Origin: an uncultured Geobacter sp. | Lineage (GTDB): Bacteria; Desulfobacterota; Desulfuromonadia; Geobacterales; CAIOGM01 | Direction: 5' to 3' | NCBI GenBank assembly: GCA_903902855.1 | Contig: CAIUWK010000068.1 | Coordinates: forward strand, 74,558-138,557 | Length of the DNA stretch: 64,000 nucleotides | In this document: positions 9,901 through 18,228 of the stretch, one piece after another | How positions within the stretch are numbered: the first letter of the stretch is position 1 | How the letters are laid out: each line of letters starts with the position of its first letter | Notes under the pieces: generated by a model | The model's input: the letters and a program-made list of their open reading frames with translations, nothing else | Told to the model about the DNA's origin: nothing | Database searches by the model: none | Program-made: the position numbers and the translations under genes

Positions 9901-10687
9901 TCCAGAGACCGCTGGAGGTCATGATCTGTCCCTTATTGTCGGTTGAGATACGCGCCCATACGGAAGGGTAGCGCTTGGCCAGGGAGGTATCCCGCCCCAA
10001 CATGAACCCCCAGGCATCCTCGGAATTCAAGCAGAAGCCCACCGGATTCAGCAGCAAGGGATGCCCCTGCGACACGATCCGACGGAGGTTGTCGAACGCG
10101 ATTTGAGCACGATAGTGGATCACGATCAGTCCCTGGTCGCGCCCGGCCACGACCGGCAGGCGAAGCGCCAGTCGGATCATCGGCTTGTAGGGAACCTCGA
10201 CAACCTCATGTTCGACATTCAGATCGAGAGGAGAGATATAGATCTGACCCGGTTGCAGGCGAATCGCTTCCATGTAGTTGAGACGGCCCGACTTGTCCTG
10301 CAGTTCACGCTGCGGCACGACCATGGGCTCGTTTCCCCGGCGATTGATCCGGGCAATTTCCATCCCGGAGACATTCAGCCAGCGTACATGGTCATAGGAG
10401 GGGTTGCGATACATCAGGGTTCGCAACTGTTCTTCCATCAGCGCCCGCGCTTTGTTGACCGGAGCGTGGAAGGCACGATTGATTTCCGGTTCACGAGCCA
10501 GCCCCTTGAGATGGTGCAACGACAGTTCCAAGGAACTGAGCAGAACATCCGATCCGTTAACCAGAGAGGTGCTCTCGCGAGCCGTCAACGACTCCATTTC
10601 GAATCTGATAAGGGTCAGACCGACGGCGAGAGTGACCAGCAACACCAGCAGCGCGATCGGCGTATTGAGAATAACAAATCGCTTCAT
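6917..10687 (-). CDS. Hybrid sensor histidine kinase/response regulator (TM - periplasmic sensor - TM - multiple PAS - HisKA - HATPase - REC)
   Basis: 1256 aa. H-box SHEIRTPMNGI, G-boxes (GGTGLGLSI), and C-terminal REC (VLVVDDNEIN...DLILMDIQMP). At least four PAS-like repeats. Confidence 0.9.
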   Translation of the reverse strand: MKRFVILNTPIALLVLLVTLAVGLTLIRFEMESLTARESTSLVNGSDVLLSSLELSLHHLKGLAREPEINRAFHAPVNKARALMEEQLRTLMYRNPSYDHVRWLNVSGMEIARINRRGNEPMVVPQRELQDKSGRLNYMEAIRLQPGQIYISPLDLNVEHEVVEVPYKPMIRLALRLPVVAGRDQGLIVIHYRAQIAFDNLRRIVSQGHPLLLNPVGFCLNSEDAWGFMLGRDTSLAKRYPSVWARISTDNKGQIMTSSGLWSWVTVDPAAGRQDAVRAAERWKLVSHVSSEELTWLKWQHWFPLLTIAALSLILLSIGTYFYNRLLLKSERAESELALLAAKRVADEMIRENELRLKMALDGAGHGLWDWNIPTGAVYFSRNWKSMLGYAEEEIGGDTDEWRRLVHPDDLADATAAVLSHIKGETPYYEFTHRVLCKDGNWKWIRDRGMVFERDAAGKALRMIGTYTDVTVQITAERSLRRKEEQLRLALDAAQMGTFHWDVITGEIVWSDTYRTVFGFHPDIPASNDNWLKSLHPGDREAAERAVHNAMEQFADFDIEYRILWPDDTEHWVSAKGKFFNGADGSPLLLEGVVIDITEHKHAEDEIRELNANLERKVEERTAELRSSEEKFRSLVETTSDCIWEVDENGCFTFISPKFQEITGYPSEEFLGRSPVELTQDETVGSAGEKFLTALAGQQPVSSLEFSFRRSDGAQATMEVSGVPVFGPEGECRGMRGISRDMTSRKLIEIEREQYSILFDTTPEMKCIIGPDGCFLKMNPAGIAKLGYSVSEILGQHFLKFVHPADRQRVLNEVAQQASGSVAAILEDRLICEDGRMVWLSWRYFISHDGFLYATALDISAQKQHERELEEARKVAEAANKAKSEFLSNMSHEIRTPMNGIIGMTQLLQYTELSDEQQGYLDTIELSSQNLLRLINDILDLSKVEAGKIELEQQGFGLRSVITDVVNTQTSLAYRKGLNIRTEVSTQVPDGLVGDQLRLKQIILNLLSNAIKFTTTGSITISVVVIQQTDSITTLKIGVTDNGIGISSEVMGKIFEPFTQADSSTTRNYGGTGLGLSISKQLAELMGGSILVESTEGVGSTFSVVIPFVVTSVASEPQHRRENDLSPITWDGPPLRVLVVDDNEINLEIAAYMLRKVGIDFVSAGDGREALDAWEKVRFDLILMDIQMPVLNGIEATKLIREKEGRVGGHIPIIALTADALREEEEHILRQGFDGYVTKPVEFKILYAEIKRCLSV

Positions 10688-10833
10688 ATCGTTGCTTCCT
10701 GATGAGTCATCTGGATATCTCCCGGATATATATCTTCTTCACATTACATCAGATGTGAGTATGAAAGCGGGAGGGAAGGTAAAGGCCTTGGGAAAGTTAT
10801 GCAGACTCATGGGCTGAGGGCCTGGCCATGGCC

Positions 10834-11580
10834 TCACAATCCGTTTTTAAGGTCAAGGGTTGCATACAAAATCACATCGGCTGCTGCAGTCGATTGTGAA
10901 AGTACGGATAAATCCGGAGACAGTATGATACTCCCTCCGGAAAAGCTAAGATCCCCTTCTTTCCCCCAGTTATTGGCGGCAATGAAGTAGACACCACCAT
11001 CTGTCACCATTTCCGTCCAATGGCAAAAAGGTAACTCATCCCCTACCCAATTAGTAGAAAAGGTAACTATCTGAACGTAAGCTCCGGCAATAAATTCTTT
11101 AAATTCCTGGTAGTTAATGTCATTGCAAATCCCCAGCCCGACTCTACACCCTTCGATTTCAACGGCCTGATACCCCAAATCTCCTTTTTCCGCCCAAAGA
11201 TAATCTGTTCCGAATAAATTTATCTTGCGGTATTTGCCGATGATTTGTCCGTTGTGCCCAAGGATAACCTGTGCGTTGTAAAATTTATTGGTAGCATGAT
11301 CATATTCGGCCAAGCCCAAAATCAGATAAACCTTGTGGCGTGTTGCGAGCTCAGAGAAGGCACTTGTTGCAGGACCGGGTATCGGCTCTGCGAGGATTTT
11401 GGCATCTATATAATTTTCAATAGTGAAACCTGTTGTGCACATCTCTGGAAGAACTATAATCTTGGCGCCGTTTCCTGCTGCCTCTTCAACTAAACTTGAA
11501 AGAGACCGAATATTCTCTACTTTATTAGCTGCGCCGGCGCGATATTGAATAGATGCAACTTTTAGGGCCATTGAACACAT
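10834..11580 (-). CDS. Carbon-nitrogen hydrolase (nitrilase superfamily)
   Basis: 248 aa. E-K-C triad context (VLPEMCTTGF; YRKINLF; GLGICNDINY). Lies in an AT-richer stretch. Confidence 0.8.
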   Translation of the reverse strand: MCSMALKVASIQYRAGAANKVENIRSLSSLVEEAAGNGAKIIVLPEMCTTGFTIENYIDAKILAEPIPGPATSAFSELATRHKVYLILGLAEYDHATNKFYNAQVILGHNGQIIGKYRKINLFGTDYLWAEKGDLGYQAVEIEGCRVGLGICNDINYQEFKEFIAGAYVQIVTFSTNWVGDELPFCHWTEMVTDGGVYFIAANNWGKEGDLSFSGGSIILSPDLSVLSQSTAAADVILYATLDLKNGL

Positions 11581-11625
11581 AGCGGTGATTTCATCCTGGT
11601 GTTTTAGACTAAAGCTCCGAAAGGT

Positions 11626-12021
11626 TTATTTATTAGTCCGGGCTGTTATTTTACGATCCTCTTCGGTGACGTGGCATAACAGCCACCTGTAGAGAAAAAT
11701 GACAGTCTCTGGCGTAAGGTCAGCATTACTCTTCTTTCTATCACGAATCAACCTCAACACTTCATTAGTAAAATAAACGTGTTCGGCAATATGGTTATCG
11801 ATATCCTTGTATCCCACGGACTCCATATACTGCTGTTCCGCCTTAAAATGAAAATCAGCATAATCCATAAGTAAATCTAGGGTATAATACACATCAATCG
11901 TACTATGTTGAGAACTGAGGGTATCGTACAACCTGTTAAATATTTTAAACAGTTCTTTGTGTTGTAAATCTATTTCTTCGACTCCGATGGAATACTGATT
12001 TATCCAATCAAGTAACGGCAT
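11626..12021 (-). CDS. Bacteriohemerythrin
   Basis: Start taken at MPLLDW (Met23 of the 153-aa ORF). Iron ligand motifs are present: IDLQHKELF, FHFKAEQQ, HIAEH, WLLCHVTEEDRK. Confidence 0.8.
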   Translation of the reverse strand: MPLLDWINQYSIGVEEIDLQHKELFKIFNRLYDTLSSQHSTIDVYYTLDLLMDYADFHFKAEQQYMESVGYKDIDNHIAEHVYFTNEVLRLIRDRKKSNADLTPETVIFLYRWLLCHVTEEDRKITARTNK

Positions 12022-12110
12022 AAAAAATCCTTTCCCGTAGGGGTGACAAGTTTCAGAGAGTCCCTGACTCTTCCGCCTTGCCTGCAAATTTTTCAGTAAT
12101 TCTCACGAGT

Positions 12111-12137
12111 GGCAATTTACATCAGATGTAAATTGCC
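12111..12137. repeat. 27-bp palindrome GGCAATTTACATCAGATGTAAATTGCC
   Basis: Perfect 13-bp arms around one central base. The internal 13-mer TTACATCAGATGT (12117-12129) recurs exactly at 10744-10756. Confidence 0.7.
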
Positions 12138-12304
12138 GTCAACGATGATGAATAATACTGATGTTTGAGTGGTTCTGGTTTACCAATACCGGTAAATGGT
12201 TCTCGCTGAATCTCCCGGATAAGCTGATTGATGCGTTTGAGCATCGCCTTGTCACTTTTCTGCCAGTAGAGGTAATCTTCAGCACAAGAGGTAAATATAC
12301 CTGT
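12122..12304 (-). pseudogene. YoeB (Txe/YoeB family) toxin relic, lacking a start codon and the C-terminal catalytic half
   Basis: Own translation in a frame not listed in the track: IFTSCAEDYLYWQKSDKAMLKRINQLIREIQREPFTGIGKPEPLKH, then unrelated QYYSSSLTAIYI*. It matches E. coli YoeB (..DDYLYWQETDK..KINELI....PFEGKGKPEPLKH). A stop lies directly upstream and there is no yefM-like partner. Confidence 0.6.
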
Positions 12305-12334
12305 TCAAGGCCCTCCGCCACTTTCTGCATGTAG

Positions 12335-15300
12335 TTACGCCCGCAGCGGGAAGTTTCGTGCCAGATGCATCTTCACCTCGTCTTCCACCCCACTCTCCTG
12401 ATTGCCCCGATAGACCATGGACGAACCGATCTCCGCCGCCAGGATGGCGGAGAGATATTTGCGCGGCAACCGCCCGATACGGCGGCTATACCGGGGCTCT
12501 TCCCGCAGCATCCGGGGGAGATGCGCCAGTATGGCACGACGATAGGACGGTTGCAGACAGAGCTCCGGGCGGCTCTGGAAAAACTTGAACAGCCGTGCGT
12601 AATTGGCATTGATCTCTTGGCTGATTGCATCGGAGATCTCCGTATAGAGGAGTGTAGGGTTACTCCGGCGGCGCTCCAGGATGAGCCGGGCCTCCCCTGC
12701 AGAGACCGTCTCCAGGATCTCCAGCACATCCCGCACATACCGCTCCTTCTCCCCCAAGAACTCGGCTTCCGAGAGGAGAAGGTTGGCGATGATCTCGAAG
12801 GAAGAGGAGATGACCCCGCACTTGTTGGCCGAAGCATCCCGCATGATGAGCACTCCCCGTTTCTGCAGGTTAATCCGCGCCTCCGGGGTGATGAAGGAGT
12901 TGGCCCCCTCGATGATGACCCGGGCCGACGGGGTGCCGTCGGGAAGGAAGAACCGCTCCCAGGTGGAGGCATCCACCGTTTCCGGTCGCCCCCCCGCCGG
13001 AATGAAGAGGTCGGCCGGAACCGTAAAGGGGAGCGAGCCATACTCCCGTGAAAATTCGTCGATGGAGAGCCACTCCTCCACCAGACCAGTGGAACTGCGG
13101 CTCACCTTGCGGTAGAGCTCACGTACCCCCTCCTTCCGGCTGTTACTCCTGAAAATCATGAAGCCGCCAGGGTGAAGCGTCTGGGGGGAGTAGCTCTCCA
13201 GATCCTCCTTCAGCAGGATTCTCCCCAGCTCCGTCCGGTCGGCTCCTGCCGGATCACAGAGGGCGGCGGTTCCGTCCAGAATCAAGACGATGCGCACCAG
13301 TGGGGAGCGCTCCAGCATGATTCTCATGGCATTGCCGGCCACGTCGCCGTTGGGTCCGCCGGTGAACTTGACGTTGTAGGGATCGGTGTACATATCTATC
13401 CCCAGTTCCGCCATGGTGATCCGGGCAAAGGTCACCACTCCGGTGGAGGTAACCCCGTACTCCTTGTGGTTAATTCCCACCCGCTTGCTGGAAATTAGGC
13501 CGCTCCCCAGGATATATCCCCGCTGCCGGGAGAGGGTGGCGATGGTCTCGATCATGGAGTCGTGCATGTTCTCGTCGGGCCCCAGCTCGATGGGCTCGTC
13601 ATCGCCGTAATAATCCACCACCGCCGGATGCCTGGCCCGGCCGTGGTCGGTGACGAAGATGTCCAGAAAAGCGTTAGTGATCCCGTACTGGAGTTTGTAC
13701 AGGTTCCAGGTCACCAGCTCCCCCTCTTCGTGGCTCAACTCCGAGGCGTCCAGAAGGGTCACCAACTTGGACCCCCCTTCGTAAATATCCTTGTTCTTCA
13801 GCTGTTGGGTATGGGCTAGGACGAACCCCTCCCGGAACAGGGTGGTGGCGTTGGTGATGAAGTCGTCGGGAGAACGGGCGATGACCGTGCGCCACCCCCC
13901 CCGGGCTATATCGGAGAAGCCGATGTGAAAGCCGTAGCCGGAATGGCTGAAGAAAAAGGTGACCCGGTACGGCCTGACCGGCGGGAGGTCGGCGGTGGCC
14001 TGTACCCCCAGTTCCTCCAGGTAAGCCGGGTCCAGCCGGAAGGAGAGCGCCTGTTTTTCCAGGACGAAGAAGTTTGTCTTGAGGGTGTGGCGGATGAAAG
14101 AGAGGGAGCAGTAAAAAACGGAACGGCGCAGCTCGTCCAGAAAGCGGTGGCCGGTGTTGTAATCGGCAATGGCCTGCCGGACAGAGCGCAATTCCTCTTT
14201 GAAGGGGTCCCGTTGGGTCAGCGTGGGGTCGAACCGGAGCCGGAAGAGGCTGACCAGGCGGAGAGTGATCTCCGGATTGGCATGAAACGCCCCTCGGACA
14301 TCGTCCAGACCAAAGCGGTCCGGCTGGTTGTGGGCCAGGTTTGCATGGCAAAAGGCGCTGAAGGCGGCCGTGAGGGACGCGGCTTCCCCGGACATGACCC
14401 CGGTGGTGACCCACTCCCGGTAGAGGGGGGTGCGGGTCGCCAGGATCTGGGTCGTGTAGAGCTCCTGCTGCAGCCGGGTGAAGAGCCCCGACTCCCGATC
14501 CAGGAGGGTGCCGTTCCGGGGACGGACGTAAAAGGTCCCCAGAAAATAGGGATGGACTCCGTTGTTCACCGTGAGACAGTAGGCCCGGCTTACCCCCAAA
14601 TCCAGTCGATTGAAGACCTCCATCACCTGGAGGAGGAACTCTTTGGTTGGGGGATTGGCCACGGCAAAGAGAACCCGTGATTCCCCCCCCTGGAGCATGG
14701 GCTCCAGATCCAGGTAGAGGCCGCCGGAGCGGTTCCCCTGCTGCAGGAGGTTAAGCGTCTGGGCGATACGCACCGTGGGGGAAATCCGGAGATACTTCTC
14801 GTTGTTGAGCCAGAGTATCCGGAGGAGCCGGTGGAAATCCCGGAAATCGAAGGTCGGGCAGCAGCTTTTTAGTTCGCTCCGTATACGGCGGCAGATGGCG
14901 GAGGGGACGGACACCCCCATCCCGGCCGCAATCTCGGCACTCCCCTTCCGATCAAATTCGAAGCGCTGGATCTCCAGGGTCTGCTGCAGACCGGGCAACG
15001 GACCGGCAGAGTGAGCAAACAGGGCGTAGGAGATATCCCGCTCCACGATACGGCGCAGGGTCTCGTAGAGGCTCCCGGGGCGGTTCTTCATGGCCACAAT
15101 AAAGGCGTTCTCCCGGTCCGCCAAAAGGAGGCGCCGGTTGCTCTTCAGTTCCCCCAATTCCCGGGCAAGAATCTCCAGTGCCTCCGGCTCGTCCTGCATG
15201 GCCACGAAGAAATAGGGGTTCATCTCCTCCCTGAGCCAGGCATGGTGTGCCGTCACGTCATCCTGAAGATTTCCCTCTCCCCTGTGCGACTGTTCCATGG

Positions 15301-15406
15301 CCCGTTCCCCCTGATCATCGCGGAGTATATCAAAAAAAACGGACTGGTCCATGAGAAAACAGAGCGCCCCCAGCTGTTTAACCACCGGGAGCGTAGCTGT
15401 CAGCAC
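12335..15406 (-). CDS. NAD-specific glutamate dehydrogenase, large (~1000-aa) class
   Basis: 1023 aa. Central catalytic region has KEYGVTSTGV and GGPNGDVAGN motifs typical of the bacterial large NAD-GDH family. The start codon is uncertain (alternative Met at 15352). Confidence 0.7.
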   Translation of the reverse strand: MLTATLPVVKQLGALCFLMDQSVFFDILRDDQGERAMEQSHRGEGNLQDDVTAHHAWLREEMNPYFFVAMQDEPEALEILARELGELKSNRRLLLADRENAFIVAMKNRPGSLYETLRRIVERDISYALFAHSAGPLPGLQQTLEIQRFEFDRKGSAEIAAGMGVSVPSAICRRIRSELKSCCPTFDFRDFHRLLRILWLNNEKYLRISPTVRIAQTLNLLQQGNRSGGLYLDLEPMLQGGESRVLFAVANPPTKEFLLQVMEVFNRLDLGVSRAYCLTVNNGVHPYFLGTFYVRPRNGTLLDRESGLFTRLQQELYTTQILATRTPLYREWVTTGVMSGEAASLTAAFSAFCHANLAHNQPDRFGLDDVRGAFHANPEITLRLVSLFRLRFDPTLTQRDPFKEELRSVRQAIADYNTGHRFLDELRRSVFYCSLSFIRHTLKTNFFVLEKQALSFRLDPAYLEELGVQATADLPPVRPYRVTFFFSHSGYGFHIGFSDIARGGWRTVIARSPDDFITNATTLFREGFVLAHTQQLKNKDIYEGGSKLVTLLDASELSHEEGELVTWNLYKLQYGITNAFLDIFVTDHGRARHPAVVDYYGDDEPIELGPDENMHDSMIETIATLSRQRGYILGSGLISSKRVGINHKEYGVTSTGVVTFARITMAELGIDMYTDPYNVKFTGGPNGDVAGNAMRIMLERSPLVRIVLILDGTAALCDPAGADRTELGRILLKEDLESYSPQTLHPGGFMIFRSNSRKEGVRELYRKVSRSSTGLVEEWLSIDEFSREYGSLPFTVPADLFIPAGGRPETVDASTWERFFLPDGTPSARVIIEGANSFITPEARINLQKRGVLIMRDASANKCGVISSSFEIIANLLLSEAEFLGEKERYVRDVLEILETVSAGEARLILERRRSNPTLLYTEISDAISQEINANYARLFKFFQSRPELCLQPSYRRAILAHLPRMLREEPRYSRRIGRLPRKYLSAILAAEIGSSMVYRGNQESGVEDEVKMHLARNFPLRA

Positions 15407-15457
15407 TCATCGTGACCCCGACCTGTTTTTCCCGGAGTCCGGAACCCAACGCCTTGT

Positions 15458-16843
15458 CTATCCTACCTCCGCATACTCCCGCTCCCGGAATGTTACCCTC
15501 AGCGATTGCGCCAGAGTCCGTACGGCTGCCACATCCAGACCGGGCACGGTGACGGCGCTGGCAATGACCTCGGGGATGTACTGTTTCGCCTGGGTCAGGA
15601 AGTCGCAGACGCCGCGAAACCCCCCGTCGCCGAAGGGGGTATTGCAGAGCCGGGCATAGGTGGCTCCGTCGGCGGCGTTGAGGCTCACCGAGACACTGTC
15701 CACAATTCCCGCCAGCTCCGGAAGGATATTTCTGCCGTGAACCAGGTTGGCCTGACCGTCGGTATTGATCCTGATCCGCCTCCCCTCCTCTTTCAGGGCT
15801 CTGGCCACCTCTTTCACCAGCTCCAGCCGGATGAGCGGCTCGCCGTAACCACAGAAGACCACCTCGTCGTAACCGGAGTGCTCTCCCACGGCGGCCAGCA
15901 CCTCAACGGCATCGGGTTCGTGATCCAGCTGGAGAAAATGCCCCTTCACCGTGAAGTCATCGAACTTGGCGCAGAAGGAACAGCGGTTGGAGCAGCGGTT
16001 GGTGATATTGAGGTAGAGGGAGTCCCGAATACGATAGGCGATACGAGCCGCCTGCTCCCCAGGGAGACGGAAGAGCCGGCGGGCGTTGAGGGTAGTAATC
16101 CGGGCCACGTCTTCCAGTGACAGCCCCTTCACCTCTGCCACCTTCCGGGCGGTGAGAGCGACGTGGGCCGGCTCGTTCAGCTTCCCCCGGAAGGGGACCG
16201 GCGCCAGATAGGGAGCGTCGGTTTCCAGGAGGAGATGTTCGATCTTTACCCCCCGCACCACCTCCCGCAATGCCTCGTTGTTGGGAAAGGTCACCGTGCC
16301 GGGGATGGAGAGATAAAATCCCATCTCCACACACTCCCGAGCCATGGCCAGGTCACCGGAGAAGCAGTGGAGCACCCCCCCCACCTCCCCTGCCCGCTCT
16401 TCCCGGAGGATGGTCATGACCCGGTCATGGGCGTCCCGGTCATGAATGACCAGAGGGAGGGAGAGTTCCCGGGCCAGGCCGATGAACCGCCGAAAAACCC
16501 GTTCCTGATCCTCCCGTGGCGAACGGTCCCGATAAAAGTCGAGGCCGATCTCGCCGATGGCCCGCACCTTGGGGTTGTCACCGGCCAGGGTGCGGATGAG
16601 CTCATAGCAGCGCTCCGTGACCCGACCGGCGTCATGGGGATGTATCCCCACCACGCAACTCATGGTATCATGGCGGTCGGCCAGCTCACAGGCGGCGATA
16701 CTGGATTCGATATCGGCCCCCACCACCACGATATGGCCGACCCCGGCATCTTTTGCCCGTTGGAGCATGGCGTCGAAGTCGGCAAGAAAGTCATGGCCGT
16801 AGATATGGGCATGGGTGTCGACAAGAAAAGGTGCAGCGGTCAT
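15458..16843 (-). CDS. TatD-family metal-dependent hydrolase fused to a TatD-associated radical SAM domain
   Basis: 461 aa. N-terminal TatD (VDTHAHIY...HCFSG...ETDAPYL), then NITNRCSNRCSFC (CxxxCxxC) and a small radical SAM fold. Confidence 0.8.
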   Translation of the reverse strand: MTAAPFLVDTHAHIYGHDFLADFDAMLQRAKDAGVGHIVVVGADIESSIAACELADRHDTMSCVVGIHPHDAGRVTERCYELIRTLAGDNPKVRAIGEIGLDFYRDRSPREDQERVFRRFIGLARELSLPLVIHDRDAHDRVMTILREERAGEVGGVLHCFSGDLAMARECVEMGFYLSIPGTVTFPNNEALREVVRGVKIEHLLLETDAPYLAPVPFRGKLNEPAHVALTARKVAEVKGLSLEDVARITTLNARRLFRLPGEQAARIAYRIRDSLYLNITNRCSNRCSFCAKFDDFTVKGHFLQLDHEPDAVEVLAAVGEHSGYDEVVFCGYGEPLIRLELVKEVARALKEEGRRIRINTDGQANLVHGRNILPELAGIVDSVSVSLNAADGATYARLCNTPFGDGGFRGVCDFLTQAKQYIPEVIASAVTVPGLDVAAVRTLAQSLRVTFREREYAEVG

Positions 16844-16851
16844 AGGTCTCC

Positions 16852-17928
16852 TTACCTGAAATTGTTACCCAGCCATTTTTTCCGCCGGAAATAGATCATC
16901 ATCCCCAGCGCCAACAGCGCCATGAGGACGAGGACCGCGGGGTATCCCCACTCCCACCCCAGCTCCGGCATATATTTGAAGTTCATCCCGTAGAGCCCGA
17001 CGATGAAAGTGAGGGGCATGAAGATAGTGGCGTACACCGTCAGCACCTTCATCACCTCGTTGGTCCGGTTGGCCTCGCTGGAGAGGTAGATGTCCAGCAT
17101 CCCCGAGAGCATCTCACGAGAAGTCTCCACCGTATCGATGATCTGCACGGTGTGATCGTAAAGATCCCGGAGGTAGACCAGAGTCCCCTCCCCCATGAGG
17201 TCGCAATCCCGGCGCTCCAGGCCGCCGATCAGTTCCCGCAAGGGCCAGACCGACCTCCGGATCAGGATCATCTCCTGTTTGAGACGATGAATCTTCCGGA
17301 TCGTCACCCTGGTGGGGGCCGCAACGACCTCTTCTTCCAACAGCTCCACCCGCTCGGCCAGCCGTTCCAGGACGAAGAAATAGTGGTCGACCACCGCGTC
17401 CAGCAGAGCATAGGCGAGATAGTCAGCCCCCTCCCCCCTCAGCCTCCCCTTGGCGGCACGGAGCCGCTCCCGCACCGGCTGGAAGGGGTCCCCATCCAGC
17501 CCCTCCTGAAAGGTGAGGAGCCACCCCTGCCCCAGAATCAGACTCACCTGCTCGGCGGCTATTCTCCCGTTGTCATCCATAGCCAACATCTTCACCACGA
17601 TGAAGAGGTAGTCGCCGTAATCCTCCTTCTTGGGGCGCTGGTCGGTATTGACGATATCTTCCATCACCAGAGGATGAAGTCCGTAACAATCGCCGATCCG
17701 TTTGAGGAGCTCTACCTGAGAGACCCCCTCCAGATTAAGCCAGGAGACCCCCTCCCCTCTGAGCAGCTCACAGGGATCAGCCGGTGCCAGGGTCTCCTCG
17801 GCAAAGGAGCGTTCATCGTAGGTGATGAGGGAGAGGACCGGTTCACGATGTGATGGCTCACCGATATGAACGAGGGTTCCGGGGGAAACCCCTCGCTTGT
17901 GCCGCCTGCTCTTGAGGAGACGCGCCAC
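16852..17928 (-). CDS. corA: Magnesium/cobalt transporter CorA
   Basis: 358 aa with YGMNF (GMN) motif and two C-terminal TM helices. GTG start. Confidence 0.9.
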   Translation of the reverse strand: MARLLKSRRHKRGVSPGTLVHIGEPSHREPVLSLITYDERSFAEETLAPADPCELLRGEGVSWLNLEGVSQVELLKRIGDCYGLHPLVMEDIVNTDQRPKKEDYGDYLFIVVKMLAMDDNGRIAAEQVSLILGQGWLLTFQEGLDGDPFQPVRERLRAAKGRLRGEGADYLAYALLDAVVDHYFFVLERLAERVELLEEEVVAAPTRVTIRKIHRLKQEMILIRRSVWPLRELIGGLERRDCDLMGEGTLVYLRDLYDHTVQIIDTVETSREMLSGMLDIYLSSEANRTNEVMKVLTVYATIFMPLTFIVGLYGMNFKYMPELGWEWGYPAVLVLMALLALGMMIYFRRKKWLGNNFR

Positions 17929-17931
17929 CTG

Positions 17932-18033
17932 CTACGACCTGGCCGACCGGGGGGCGATCCCGGCAATGAAGCCCTGAAAGCGGGCTCCATCCCTCCCCGC
18001 GGTTAGGGAATAATAGACGATCAGTACTTCCAT
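17932..18033 (-). CDS. 33-codon upstream ORF abutting corA (leader peptide candidate or in-frame N-terminal relic)
   Basis: GGGGAGG - 6 nt - ATG; MEVLIVYYSLTAGRDGARFQGFIAGIAPRSARS*. Its TAG stop lies 3 nt before the corA GTG, in the same frame. Confidence 0.3.
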   Translation of the reverse strand: MEVLIVYYSLTAGRDGARFQGFIAGIAPRSARS

Positions 18034-18228
18034 GAAAAACCTCCCCGAGAATCTCGACTGCTCCCTGATGCCGCTCCTATCCGGGCGATTGATCCTGAAC
18101 CACTTACCGGATACTCTTCTCCCGGCAAAAAATCAACAGCAAACCTTCGCTCATTTTCTTCATTCTTGGGACTTTTCGCATCATCCTTCGCAATTCTCCT
18201 GTAGCAGAGAACCTTCTCCTAGAGTATA

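Noticed and set aside
12139-12330. Listed 63-aa ORF downstream of the GDH gene.
   Set aside because: No family signal. A different frame of the same DNA carries the clear YoeB homology, so the listed frame is most likely fortuitous.
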